Below are positions 10,701 through 19,564 of a stretch of 64,000 nucleotides of DNA, piece after piece. The notes beneath the pieces were generated by a model. The model made no database searches, was not told the DNA's origin, and saw nothing but the letters and a program-made list of their open reading frames with translations. Each line of letters opens with the position of its first letter. Position 1 is the stretch's first letter. Source of the DNA: Candidatus Helarchaeota archaeon (GTDB lineage Archaea > Asgardarchaeota > Lokiarchaeia > Helarchaeales > RDOG01); assembly GCA_019058315.1 (NCBI GenBank), contig JAHPZH010000008.1, positions 96,001 through 160,000 of the forward strand, in the 5' to 3' direction. The position numbers and the translations under genes were made by a program.

Positions 10701-10840
10701 ACTACTATATTAAAAATCTTAATAGCAAATTTCATTAGATTTTTATCTATTTCTTTCTTTGAATCTTCATTAAACTCTGTAAATGCAAATTTACCGATCC
10801 CAAAAGTTTTACCACTAATTAATCGAATTTTTATGTCCAA
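7706..10840 (-). CDS. nagB: trifunctional fusion: ROK sugar kinase + glucosamine-6-phosphate deaminase + PIG-L family deacetylase
   Basis: ROK: GIDIGG, ENDAN, LGTGVGGG, GELGH, CGCGNKGC. NagB: GLATGSTP, FNLDEY, GHIGFNE, TMGIGTI. PIG-L: SPHPDD, DPHGTH, AHKSQ. TTG start. Confidence 0.9.
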   Translation of the reverse strand: MDIKIRLISGKTFGIGKFAFTEFNEDSKKEIDKNLMKFAIKIFNIVVTFGPKVIELVCEDKELQSYLIHSLNLILQMKFTFEKLGGGIQILPKLPFSGEEQNFLRSKIKHLGTFGDQVGIGIDIGGHSIKAVCIDGNGNIIERLEADTKKQEGYRVVIQQVISLIKKLLELVKERNVISIGVGIPGGIGPIFVRKMIIMEDWKDVNLRAEIENAIGIPTFVENDANVMALGEKEISKIEGNSVALALGTGVGGGIIIDDKILHGENYFAGELGHIIIDDSENARLCGCGNKGCIQAYASGTAIAEITREEILKHKTIITDLVNNDVAKITTRIVANAANQGDKFAIDIFNRAAESLAKGIKIISDLAGISQIMIGGKVAKVGSFFYDEIRKNLKTKNIPIHSPVEVYESCFRGIREDIRGYTGAVGAAILGMEGIEEVSEKVAVIIKDNDEVMGKVAASIVAEQIRKKPNTVLGLATGSTPISMYKELVRMHKDENLDFSQVITFNLDEYYPMKNTHPQSYHKFMKYWLFDHINIKPENIHIPDGELKEEDIENFCDRFERLIQKAGGIDIQILGIGGGFFDADRNLIGGHIGFNEAGSDFNSRSRKIKLTEKSRIDNAKFFKYIEEVPHYALTMGIGTILDAKKIILIASGEHKAPIIKEAVEGRVNPYVPASILQTHPNTVFILEHGAASRLSRNMSPWLFFNVNWSMERQKAKLGENHIDNALIWLSVKLNKPLSQLDIEDFKNNFLSNLIKFYGDKSDLIKEVIERTEQKILYKEKLPSNKKILVISPHPDDDAICIGNTIRALNENGNIVKIIYVVSGNIAVRNSDVIEYIEQKKLPNIIKNKILQKTIDYKELLQLKTLVRKAEAIAAEEILGISSENLIFLNSPFYETGTIIKSTITEADINPLIKILDNEIPDIVLVPGEVADPHGTHGKATEIFKIALKKSKATKADLWYYKSAWEEYAIHEANKIIPFDEKGMRIKIDSIQAHKSQLVPLFPGLDPRPFWQRAKDRNQFIGKILKILGLMPKNYEYAEICKLIQ

Positions 10841-11046
10841 TTTAATATCTCCAAACCAAAAGTGTTATTATGAAATGTTTTTTATCCTCTTTTTCGCATT
10901 TCTTTTAAATTTTCTTCATTAACACTACTCATTTTAATCCAAAAAAAATTAAATTAATTTGAATAAATTATTTACTTTCATTAATAAATATGACTTTTTG
11001 GTCTTTGGATATTTTAAATAGTATTTTTAACTGGAGATATTAAAAT

Positions 11047-12183
11047 TTGATAACTTTAAAAGACGAACAAATCCCAAAATTAATGAATGCTGTTGTTCTA
11101 GAAAAACCATTTGTATTAGTTCATAAAAAAATACCGATCTGGCCCTTAGAAGAATTTAAAGATCCCGATTTACTCTTAATTAAAGTAAAGGCTTGTGGTG
11201 TCTGTGGTTCAGATTTTAGATACTATCAAGGAGAGAATCCATGGGCACAGCATACTATAGGACAAAAAATAGAAAATCCACCAAATATTGTACTAGGACA
11301 TGAATTTTCAGGAATTGTTATAGGAGTTTTAAACGATTCCAATAAGAAATGGTTGGGAAAAAGAGTAATTCCAATTTGTTCAAAAACTTGCGGAAAATGT
11401 GCAATGTGTACTACTGGTAGAGAGAATTTATGTGAAAATACTATTCATATGGGTCATGGACAAGGTTGGGATGAGCTCGAATATTATCCAGGAGCGTATG
11501 CAGACTATGTTATAGCATGGGGAAAGGGATGTTTTGAAATTCCAGAATCAGTTACCTTTGAGGAAGCCACCACAATGGATGTTCTTGCAGTTTGTTTACA
11601 TATGATTAATCAAGGGAACGTTGAAAAAGGCGAACCGGTTTTAATATTAGGTTGCGGTCCTGCTGGTAACGGAATTGCCCAAATCATTAAAATTATTGAT
11701 CCCAAAATAGAAATATTTATTGTTGAAAATTCAAAGAGAGCAGTTGAAGTTGCTAAACAATATAAATTTAATTATATTATTAATTCAAACACGAAGAACG
11801 AAGAAGAAATTATCCAATTTATATTAAATAAAACAAATGGTCATGGAGTTAATTCAATTTTTGATAGTATAGGAACCGAATCTAGTTTTAATTTGGGACT
11901 ATCCCTGTTAACCAAGGGCGGAACTTACGTAAACATGGCAGTTCATGATCAAAATATTACCATGAATCAAATGAAGCTTGCTAGTGAACGAAAAATTACA
12001 ACTTCAAGTAATTTTTTAATAGAGGAATATAAACAAACTTTGAAATGGCTTGGTGAGAAAAGAATTAATGTTAAAACTTGGTTGACCGAAATAAAACTTT
12101 CTGAAATCCCTAAAATCTTTCGTAAAATAGTTGATGAAAATAATAGAGGGGAATATTTTAAGATTATAATTAAAAAAGATTAA
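11047..12183 (+). CDS. Zn-dependent medium-chain dehydrogenase (sugar/polyol DH-like)
   Basis: CGVCGSD, GHE, CxxCxxC...C structural Zn site, GCGPAG Rossmann motif. Confidence 0.9.
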   Translation: MITLKDEQIPKLMNAVVLEKPFVLVHKKIPIWPLEEFKDPDLLLIKVKACGVCGSDFRYYQGENPWAQHTIGQKIENPPNIVLGHEFSGIVIGVLNDSNKKWLGKRVIPICSKTCGKCAMCTTGRENLCENTIHMGHGQGWDELEYYPGAYADYVIAWGKGCFEIPESVTFEEATTMDVLAVCLHMINQGNVEKGEPVLILGCGPAGNGIAQIIKIIDPKIEIFIVENSKRAVEVAKQYKFNYIINSNTKNEEEIIQFILNKTNGHGVNSIFDSIGTESSFNLGLSLLTKGGTYVNMAVHDQNITMNQMKLASERKITTSSNFLIEEYKQTLKWLGEKRINVKTWLTEIKLSEIPKIFRKIVDENNRGEYFKIIIKKD

Positions 12184-12200
12184 GAAATTAACAATTTAAC

Positions 12201-13241
12201 TTATTCCATTTCGACAAGTATTTTCACTTCATTATTAGTTGGATCCGATAGAGTTTTGAAAGCTTTAGGGACCTCATCTAGTTTAATTCTTTTTGTAATT
12301 AAAGGTTTTATATTGATCTTTTTTTTCTCTAATAGATTAATACAAGTTCGAAAAGTTTCTTGATTATAAGCGAAAATACCTCTCATTGTTATATTTTTTA
12401 ATAAGAATTGCGTAAACCCTACCATTTCAAAAGGTTCTGCATGTATTCCTATAACAGTGATAAAACCCCCTTTTCTTATTAATTTCAAAGAATCAATATA
12501 AGTTTTTGGTACTCCAGCACAGTCAAAAATATGATCTGGACCGATTTTATTAGTTAATCCGCTTATTTTTGTCCAATCCTTTGGTATAAATACTTCTGAT
12601 GCTCCTACTTCAAGAGCTTTTTTCTGGTTAAATTCCAATGGTTCAATAACAAAGACATCACTAGCTCCAATAGCATTTAAAACTTGGATAGTTACTAGCC
12701 CAATTGTTCCCGCACCAAAGACAACTGCATTTTCTCCAACTTTAATTCCAGATTCTTGGACTGCATAAACTCCAATAGCTAATGGTTCTACAAGAGCTCC
12801 TTCTTCATAGGATACATTTGGAGGTAATAGATGTAACCTCTCAGCTTTGACTTTGATAAACTCTGCCATTGCTCCACTTGAAGTCATTCCAATCCCATCA
12901 CCCTTTTTACACAGATTCTCTTGATTTCTCATACACCAAAAACATTTAAAACAAGGTAGATTTGGGTTTGCAGTGACTCTATCTCCAATTTTCCACTTCT
13001 TAACATCTTCTCCTAATTCAATTATTTCACCAGAGAATTCATGACCTAAAATCAAACCAGTTGGAATAAGAATTCCTGTATGATAGGATTCAACGTCACT
13101 TCCACAAATACCACAGTTTTTAACTTTAATTAAAACCTCATCTTTCTTTATTTTTGGCTTTTTTATATCATCCTTTATTATAATTTCTCCTTTTTTTTGA
13201 AAAACTGCTCCTTTCAATTTAAATAAGCTTCCTTTTAACAA
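12201..13241 (-). CDS. Zn-dependent medium-chain dehydrogenase (butanediol/threonine DH-like)
   Basis: CGICGSD, GHE, CFKCFWC..C, EPLA, GAGTIG; true start may be TTG near 13217. Confidence 0.9.
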   Translation of the reverse strand: MLKGSLFKLKGAVFQKKGEIIIKDDIKKPKIKKDEVLIKVKNCGICGSDVESYHTGILIPTGLILGHEFSGEIIELGEDVKKWKIGDRVTANPNLPCFKCFWCMRNQENLCKKGDGIGMTSSGAMAEFIKVKAERLHLLPPNVSYEEGALVEPLAIGVYAVQESGIKVGENAVVFGAGTIGLVTIQVLNAIGASDVFVIEPLEFNQKKALEVGASEVFIPKDWTKISGLTNKIGPDHIFDCAGVPKTYIDSLKLIRKGGFITVIGIHAEPFEMVGFTQFLLKNITMRGIFAYNQETFRTCINLLEKKKINIKPLITKRIKLDEVPKAFKTLSDPTNNEVKILVEME

Positions 13242-13337
13242 TAACTAATTACATAATAATTTTGAATTAAATATCAATTTCCATAAATAAAAAAATAAGA
13301 TTTTTTTAAATAATCCATTTTTTAATGAACTTTAGAT

Positions 13338-14549
13338 TTATTCAAAGACGAAGGCTGTTTTAATAGAATTATTTATACTTTTATTTGAAGCAACTTCTAA
13401 CGCATTTTTATACTCATCTATTGAGAATTTATGTGTTAAGATATTTTTTACGTTAGCTTGTCCCGATGTTATTAAATCTAACGCGACTTGAAAAGTTCGC
13501 TGTTTTTTTCCGTTTACAATAATATTGCTATAGCCCATAGATGGGATAAGATTAATTTCTTTGAAACACATAGGTGACCAATCAATTTTTATATAGGCTG
13601 GAGTTCCAGTTAAGATCAAAGTTCCTTTTGGTCTTAGTAATCTTAAACTGTTGGATAGAGAGGATTCATTCCCCACAGAATCGATAACAATATCAGCACC
13701 TCCATCTACTGGATAAACATCTTCCATTACAGGTGATAAAACTCTACATCCTAACTTTTTCCCAATTTTTTTAATATGACGGTCTTTTTTTACTAAAAAT
13801 ACCTCATCTACACCTAATTCTTTCGCCAATTCAGCTTGAAAAGGATATTTTGCTACGGCAATTAAATTACATTTACTGAATGCTTTTAAAGCCATTATAG
13901 TAGTTAAACCAATTGTTCCACACCCAACAACAACACAATTTTCATTATTTTTCGGTAGCTTTTTAAAAACACCTTGAATAGAAGTTGCGAATGGCTCAGT
14001 AATAACTGCTTCTTCAAAAGTGACGGATTCAGGTATTTTAATAACTTGAGATTTATGTGCTATTATATATTCACCCCAACCTCCTCTTATATCTTCACAA
14101 ATACCTTGCCATGCTCCTGGTGATATAATACCTTGATCAAAGTTAGAACATAAATTATAGTTTCCTTCTTTACATGAATTACAAGGCTCAATCTCTCTTA
14201 TACTACATGGAAGTACTGGTTCTATTACAACTCGATCTCCAATAGATAAATCTTTTATATTATCTCCAACCTCCGAAATAGTCCCCACATTTTCATGACC
14301 AGGAGTTGCGGGGAATGAAGAATAAAAAGATGTACATGTTGAAAAATTTAATGATAAAAACTTTAGATTGCTTCCACAAATTCCTCCCAATTTCACCTTA
14401 ATTTTCATCCAGTTTTCATTAATTAGTTTTAATTCTGAAACTTCTTCTAGATCTAGTAAATCATAAATTTTAGGTTTAAAATTAGCATCCAAGGATTTTT
14501 TTTGCAAATATTGCATTAATTTTTCCATTTTAATTTCCAAAACTTTCAA
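13338..14549 (-). CDS. Zn-dependent medium-chain dehydrogenase
   Basis: GGICGSN, GHE, C..CNSC..C, EPF, GCGTIG. Confidence 0.88.
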   Translation of the reverse strand: MKVLEIKMEKLMQYLQKKSLDANFKPKIYDLLDLEEVSELKLINENWMKIKVKLGGICGSNLKFLSLNFSTCTSFYSSFPATPGHENVGTISEVGDNIKDLSIGDRVVIEPVLPCSIREIEPCNSCKEGNYNLCSNFDQGIISPGAWQGICEDIRGGWGEYIIAHKSQVIKIPESVTFEEAVITEPFATSIQGVFKKLPKNNENCVVVGCGTIGLTTIMALKAFSKCNLIAVAKYPFQAELAKELGVDEVFLVKKDRHIKKIGKKLGCRVLSPVMEDVYPVDGGADIVIDSVGNESSLSNSLRLLRPKGTLILTGTPAYIKIDWSPMCFKEINLIPSMGYSNIIVNGKKQRTFQVALDLITSGQANVKNILTHKFSIDEYKNALEVASNKSINNSIKTAFVFE

Positions 14550-14676
14550 ATTATCACTTCCCTTCTTTATATCATTAAAATTTTAATGGATCTTGGAAAT
14601 ATATATATTTTAGGTTCTTTATTCCTTTTTTATAGAATTTCCTATTATAAGATTAATAAAGAAATAAGGTAGGTTT

Positions 14677-16404
14677 ATGTCAAAAGAAAAAAAAGAAACC
14701 ATGAATGGTGGAGATTTATTTATAAAATCACTTCTTACTGAGAATGTTCGTTATATATTTGGAATCCCTGGAGGACAGCTACTTTCAATATATGATGCAG
14801 TCTATCGTTTTGGTAGAGAAGAAGGTTTAGATTCGATTATGTTTCGGCATGAAGTAGGAGCAGCGCATGCTAGCGATGCTTGGGCTCGCATTACGGGAAC
14901 TCCGGGTGTATGTTTTGGTACAGTTGGTCCAGGGGCTATGAATTTAGTTACTGGAGTTGGAACTGCTTGGTCGGACAATATTCCATTGGTTGTTTTAGTA
15001 CCTCAAGTAAGTAAACCAGTTGAAGATAAATTCACGCTTCAAGGAGGATTGGACCAAATTACTATGTTTAAACCAGTAACGAAATATCAAAAACGTATAG
15101 ATGAAACTGAAAATATTCCTGATGCTGTTCAAAAGGCTTTCAGAGAAGCAATTTCTGGAAGACCTGGTCCAGTGTTATTAGAAATTCCTGCCAATGTTCT
15201 ATTTAAAAAAACAGATAAAAAATTTTCATTCCCTTCTCCTGAAGAGTATCGATTTACAGGTAGAGTAGCAGGTGATCCAAATTTAATTGAAAAAGCATGT
15301 GAGCTGCTTTTAAATGCTGAAAAACCTCTAATGATAGCCGGGGAAGGTGTTATTCAATCTGAGGCATGGCCAGAATTTCAGGAACTTTCTGAATATCTAG
15401 GTATTGCTGCTGGAGCCACAATCCAAGGGATGGGTGCGGTTTCTACTAAGTCTGAGACGGGACTAGGCGCATCACTCGGGACGATTATGCAAGCCTTAAC
15501 ACAAGTAGATGTTTGCTTAGCACTAGGTTGTAAGTTTTCTTTTCTTCTCGCATTTGGTGCTGAACCTATATGGAATAAAAATATTAAAGTGATTCATGTT
15601 GACATTGATCCGGGAATGATTGGAAGAAATAGACCTGTCGAAGTTGGTATTGTGGGTGATAGCAAGCTTGTTCTTCAGCAAATGTTGAAATATATTAAAG
15701 AAAAAGTAAAAAAAATCGAAACTGTAAATGATTGGGTAAAATCATTAAAAGCTTCTATAGATTCTCAAATCAAGAGTGCTATAAAAAAAGCTTCCAAGGA
15801 TAAAACACCTATGCGTCCCCTAAGAATGATTAAGGAAATATTCGAATTTATTGATGAAGATGCAATTATTATAATGGATGGAGGAGACATACTCGTAGAA
15901 GCTAGTACGTTTCTTGAAGCGTTTAACTCACGACCCCCTCGTTCAACTCTCATGGCATCAGGGATGGGAACTTTAGGGGTTTCAATTCCCTATGCAATTG
16001 GAGCCAGACTTGCTGTAAGACATTTAGGACAACCAAACAGACAAGTAATAACCATCTCTGGAGATGGATCATTTATGATTAATGTACAAGATTTAGAAAC
16101 CGCTAAACGATATAATCTTCCATTTATTAGTGTAATTGGCAATAATTCTGCTTGGGGAATGATCAAATCAGGTCAGAAATTGATGATGAGAAAACGTTTT
16201 ATTGATGTAGATTTTGGAGACACAAATTTTGCAGAAATAGCTAAAGGTTTTGGATGTTATGGAGAACGAATAACTGACCCAAATGAGATAAAGCCAGCTT
16301 TGCAAAGAGCTCTAGATTCGAAATTACCAGCAGTCTTAGATGTAATAATAGATTTTGAAACTCCCGAGGGAACAGTTCTCATGGCTTCAATGGGAATTCT
16401 TTAA
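14677..16404 (+). CDS. thiamine pyrophosphate-dependent enzyme (AHAS-like / 2-hydroxyacyl-CoA lyase-like), copy 1
   Basis: FGIPGG, RHE (catalytic Glu), TVGPG, GRPGPVLLEIP, GDG...NN TPP motif. Confidence 0.9.
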   Translation: MSKEKKETMNGGDLFIKSLLTENVRYIFGIPGGQLLSIYDAVYRFGREEGLDSIMFRHEVGAAHASDAWARITGTPGVCFGTVGPGAMNLVTGVGTAWSDNIPLVVLVPQVSKPVEDKFTLQGGLDQITMFKPVTKYQKRIDETENIPDAVQKAFREAISGRPGPVLLEIPANVLFKKTDKKFSFPSPEEYRFTGRVAGDPNLIEKACELLLNAEKPLMIAGEGVIQSEAWPEFQELSEYLGIAAGATIQGMGAVSTKSETGLGASLGTIMQALTQVDVCLALGCKFSFLLAFGAEPIWNKNIKVIHVDIDPGMIGRNRPVEVGIVGDSKLVLQQMLKYIKEKVKKIETVNDWVKSLKASIDSQIKSAIKKASKDKTPMRPLRMIKEIFEFIDEDAIIIMDGGDILVEASTFLEAFNSRPPRSTLMASGMGTLGVSIPYAIGARLAVRHLGQPNRQVITISGDGSFMINVQDLETAKRYNLPFISVIGNNSAWGMIKSGQKLMMRKRFIDVDFGDTNFAEIAKGFGCYGERITDPNEIKPALQRALDSKLPAVLDVIIDFETPEGTVLMASMGIL

Positions 16405-16422
16405 TATTTTTTAATTTTTTTT
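16405..16422 (+). terminator. oligo-T archaeal-type terminator
   Basis: TATTTTTTAATTTTTTTT directly after the stop codon; a near-identical tract follows the paralogue. Confidence 0.55.
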
Positions 16423-16548
16423 CTCGATTTCTTTTAAAAATTGCTTTTTTTGGTTAAAATACACTATTTTAGTATATTATCGATAAACAAGAATTATAAA
16501 TCAAATCTAAAATACATTATAACAATAATAAATAACCAAGGTGAATTT

Positions 16549-18279
16549 ATGTCTGAAGAAAAAAAGGAAACTATGAATGGTGGAGACTTATTAATAAAAT
16601 CCTTACTTGCTGAAAATGTTAGGTACATGTTTGGTGTTCCAGGGGGTCAACTCTTAACAACTTATGATGCGGTATATCGTTTTGGAAGAGAGGAAGGAAT
16701 CGATACATTAATGTTTCAGCACGAAGCAGGAGCAGCGCATGCATGTGATGCTTGGGCCAGAGTAACAGGTACTCCATCAGTATGTTTTGGGACAGTTGGT
16801 CCTGGTGCCTTAAATTTAATTGCCGGTGTTGGTTCTGCGTGGTCAGATAATATACCGATGGTTGTATTAGTTCCCCAGTGTGGTAAAGCGATTAAGGATA
16901 AATTTACGCTTCAAGGTGGATTAGATCAAATTACATTATATAAACCTGTCACAAAATATCAAAAACATGTTGAAGATGCTGAAGATATCCCAGATGCTGT
17001 TAAAAAAGCTTTTAGAGAAACAATTACCGGAAGACCAAGACCAGTATTACTAGAAATTCAAGAAGATGCTTTATTTGGAAAGACAGATAAAAAAATCACA
17101 TTTCCAAATCCAGAATTATATAGATTTATGGGGAGAGTTGCAGGAGATCCAAATTTGATAGAACGAGCTTGTGAATTATTACTTAAAGCTGAAAAACCAT
17201 TGATGATAGCTGGAGGTGGAGTTATACGATCAGAAGCATGGCATGAATTTCAGGAACTTTCGGAATATTTAGGTATTGCTGCAGGAACTACAATTCAAGG
17301 AATTGGATCGATTCCAATTACAAGCGAGACAGCACTTGGTTCAGCAGTAACTTCAATGATGCAAGCTATAACTCAAACAGATGTAGTATTAGCACTTGGA
17401 ATGAAATTTTCTTGGGCTATGGGATTTGGTGCGGAACCATTTTGGAATAAAAAAACCAAAGTAATTCATGTTGATATAGACCCAACTATTATTGGAAGAA
17501 ATCGTCCTGTAGAAATTGGAATTGTCGGAGATTGCAAACTTGTACTTCAACAAATGTTAAAAATAATTAAACAAAAAGCAAAAAAGGTAGAAACTACGAG
17601 TGATTGGGTTAAATCATTGAGAGCAGCTAGAGAATCTAATGTAAAAACCTTATTAAAAAAAGCTTCAAAGGAAAAAACTCCTATGCGTCCTCAAAGAATG
17701 CTAAAAGAAGTTTTTGAATTTATTGATGAAGATGCAATTCTTGCACTTGATGGGGGAGATTTACATGTGTTTACGATGGATTATATTGATCTGTTTAAAC
17801 CTAGACCTCCTCGTGCAACGATAACTGCAGCAGTAGGGATGGGTCAATTAGGTACAGGAATTCCTTATGCAATCGGAGCGAAACTAGCTGCCAACCACTT
17901 AGGACAACCAGATAGGCAAGTAGTAAATATAACGGGCGACGGAGCATTTATGATTAATGTGCAAGAACTAGCAACTGCGAAACGGTATAATTTACCAATT
18001 ATCTGCGTAGTAGGTAATAATTCAGCATGGGGTATGATAAAGTCTGGACAGAAGTTGCTTATGAAAAAACGCTTCATAGACGTGGACTTTGAAGATGTAA
18101 ATTATGCAGAAATTGCTAAAGGATTTGCATGTTATGGGGAACGTGTAACTGATCCAAAACAAATAAAGCCAGCTTTACAGCGTGCTATTGATTCAAAATT
18201 ACCGGCTGTGTTAGATATAGTAATTGCATTTGAAACACCTGAAGCTTTAACGCTAATGGCTCAGATGGGTGTTCTCTAA
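16549..18279 (+). CDS. thiamine pyrophosphate-dependent enzyme, copy 2 (tandem paralogue)
   Basis: Collinear with copy 1 over its full length. Start revised to ATG 16549 (MSEEKKETMNGG matches MSKEKKETMNGG; GGTGA RBS upstream). Confidence 0.9.
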   Translation: MSEEKKETMNGGDLLIKSLLAENVRYMFGVPGGQLLTTYDAVYRFGREEGIDTLMFQHEAGAAHACDAWARVTGTPSVCFGTVGPGALNLIAGVGSAWSDNIPMVVLVPQCGKAIKDKFTLQGGLDQITLYKPVTKYQKHVEDAEDIPDAVKKAFRETITGRPRPVLLEIQEDALFGKTDKKITFPNPELYRFMGRVAGDPNLIERACELLLKAEKPLMIAGGGVIRSEAWHEFQELSEYLGIAAGTTIQGIGSIPITSETALGSAVTSMMQAITQTDVVLALGMKFSWAMGFGAEPFWNKKTKVIHVDIDPTIIGRNRPVEIGIVGDCKLVLQQMLKIIKQKAKKVETTSDWVKSLRAARESNVKTLLKKASKEKTPMRPQRMLKEVFEFIDEDAILALDGGDLHVFTMDYIDLFKPRPPRATITAAVGMGQLGTGIPYAIGAKLAANHLGQPDRQVVNITGDGAFMINVQELATAKRYNLPIICVVGNNSAWGMIKSGQKLLMKKRFIDVDFEDVNYAEIAKGFACYGERVTDPKQIKPALQRAIDSKLPAVLDIVIAFETPEALTLMAQMGVL

Positions 18280-18298
18280 TATTTTTTAAATTTTTTTT
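18280..18298 (+). terminator. oligo-T terminator
   Basis: TATTTTTTAAATTTTTTTT after the stop codon. Confidence 0.5.
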
Positions 18299-18309
18299 AA
18301 CAAGGTAAC

Positions 18310-19482
18310 TTGATAAATTTGAATTCAGAGCCAATTAAAAAGCCCGAATTTCGATTAACTAGACTTTTTTCATTGGATGTAATTAGAGGAATTGCAGCAT
18401 TTTTCATGGTTAATGGACATTTTATTTATGATACGATGAGCAAAGATCCAAAACTACAATTCACTAAATCATTTTTTTTTATGGCTGAAAACTTCATTTA
18501 TACCGTAGGATGGACTATGTTTTTTCTTATAATCGGAATTGGATTAGCTATTTCCACACAGCGATACAAATTAAAGAAAGTATCATTCGAAGTACGGTTA
18601 TATCATGTTTTAAAGAGAACAATTATTTTAGTTATAATTCAATATGTATATAATTTAGTTAATTTCGGCTTCTTATCTTCAGATTATTATAAATTATATT
18701 TTGGTCCTTATTCCAATACCGATTTTACCTATTTTTTTAATCCAATTTCATCCTTTTCTCACTCAAATTTAATTGCACAAATTGCACTTTGGTCTTTTGT
18801 TGTTTTCATCTTAATGGAACTTCCTACTGTTGCTAGAGTTATTATTGCAGTTGTTGTTGCATATTTTGGGTATTATGTGTTCGCGGTTCAAGGAAATATG
18901 TTTTTCTATATATTAACTGGTGAAATTTTTGGAACTTATTTAGTAAATGAATTGGGAAAGGGAAATACTGAAAGAGTATATAAATTAATTCTATTTTTTG
19001 GGATCATTTTGTTTTGTATCGGACTACCTTTACATATTGTTACTGTAAATAATAGGATTTTTGTGGATAATATTTTTTATATTTCACAACTTATTCAAAG
19101 TCAATCTGGAAAGACAAGATTGTATTCTGGAGTTACGAATTATGCAGATTATCTAGCAAGCCCTGGTTTTATTTTGTATTCTTTAGGTGCAGTATTTATG
19201 TTATTTGCATCACTATTTTGGATTTTAGATGTTAAAAAAAAGAAATCTAAAATCTTTAGACCTTTTATTTTATGGGGAAATTTAACTTTGACCTTATATG
19301 TAACTCATTTTATTTTATTATATCAATTTGTTTATAATTTAGAACTCTATCTTTACTTTTCTTTAGTCACGTTTATGACATGGAATCTTTTGTTATGCAT
19401 TTTCATTTATATTGGTGCAGTATTTTGGTCAAGATATAAATTTAAATATAGTCTTGAGTGGATTATCCGTAAATATAGTTAA
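18310..19482 (+). CDS. HGSNAT/DUF1624-like membrane acyltransferase-family protein
   Basis: N-terminal RLFSLDVIRGIAAFFMVNGH; about 10 TM; C-terminal LTLYVTH and YSLEWIIR. Confidence 0.75.
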   Translation: MINLNSEPIKKPEFRLTRLFSLDVIRGIAAFFMVNGHFIYDTMSKDPKLQFTKSFFFMAENFIYTVGWTMFFLIIGIGLAISTQRYKLKKVSFEVRLYHVLKRTIILVIIQYVYNLVNFGFLSSDYYKLYFGPYSNTDFTYFFNPISSFSHSNLIAQIALWSFVVFILMELPTVARVIIAVVVAYFGYYVFAVQGNMFFYILTGEIFGTYLVNELGKGNTERVYKLILFFGIILFCIGLPLHIVTVNNRIFVDNIFYISQLIQSQSGKTRLYSGVTNYADYLASPGFILYSLGAVFMLFASLFWILDVKKKKSKIFRPFILWGNLTLTLYVTHFILLYQFVYNLELYLYFSLVTFMTWNLLLCIFIYIGAVFWSRYKFKYSLEWIIRKYS

Positions 19483-19564
19483 ATGTGTCAATAGTTAACG
19501 ATTTATAAGGATAAAAAAAATATCAAATATTATTTTTAATATTTAAAATCAATTAAAAGTTCAT

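Noticed and set aside
16441-16548. 36-aa N-terminal extension of TPP enzyme copy 2
   Set aside because: The paralogue alignment and the GGTGA RBS place the start at 16549.
14677-18279. Calling these ilvB (branched-chain amino acid synthesis)
   Set aside because: No regulatory subunit or ilv genes nearby, and the motifs fit the lyase-like subgroup equally well or better.
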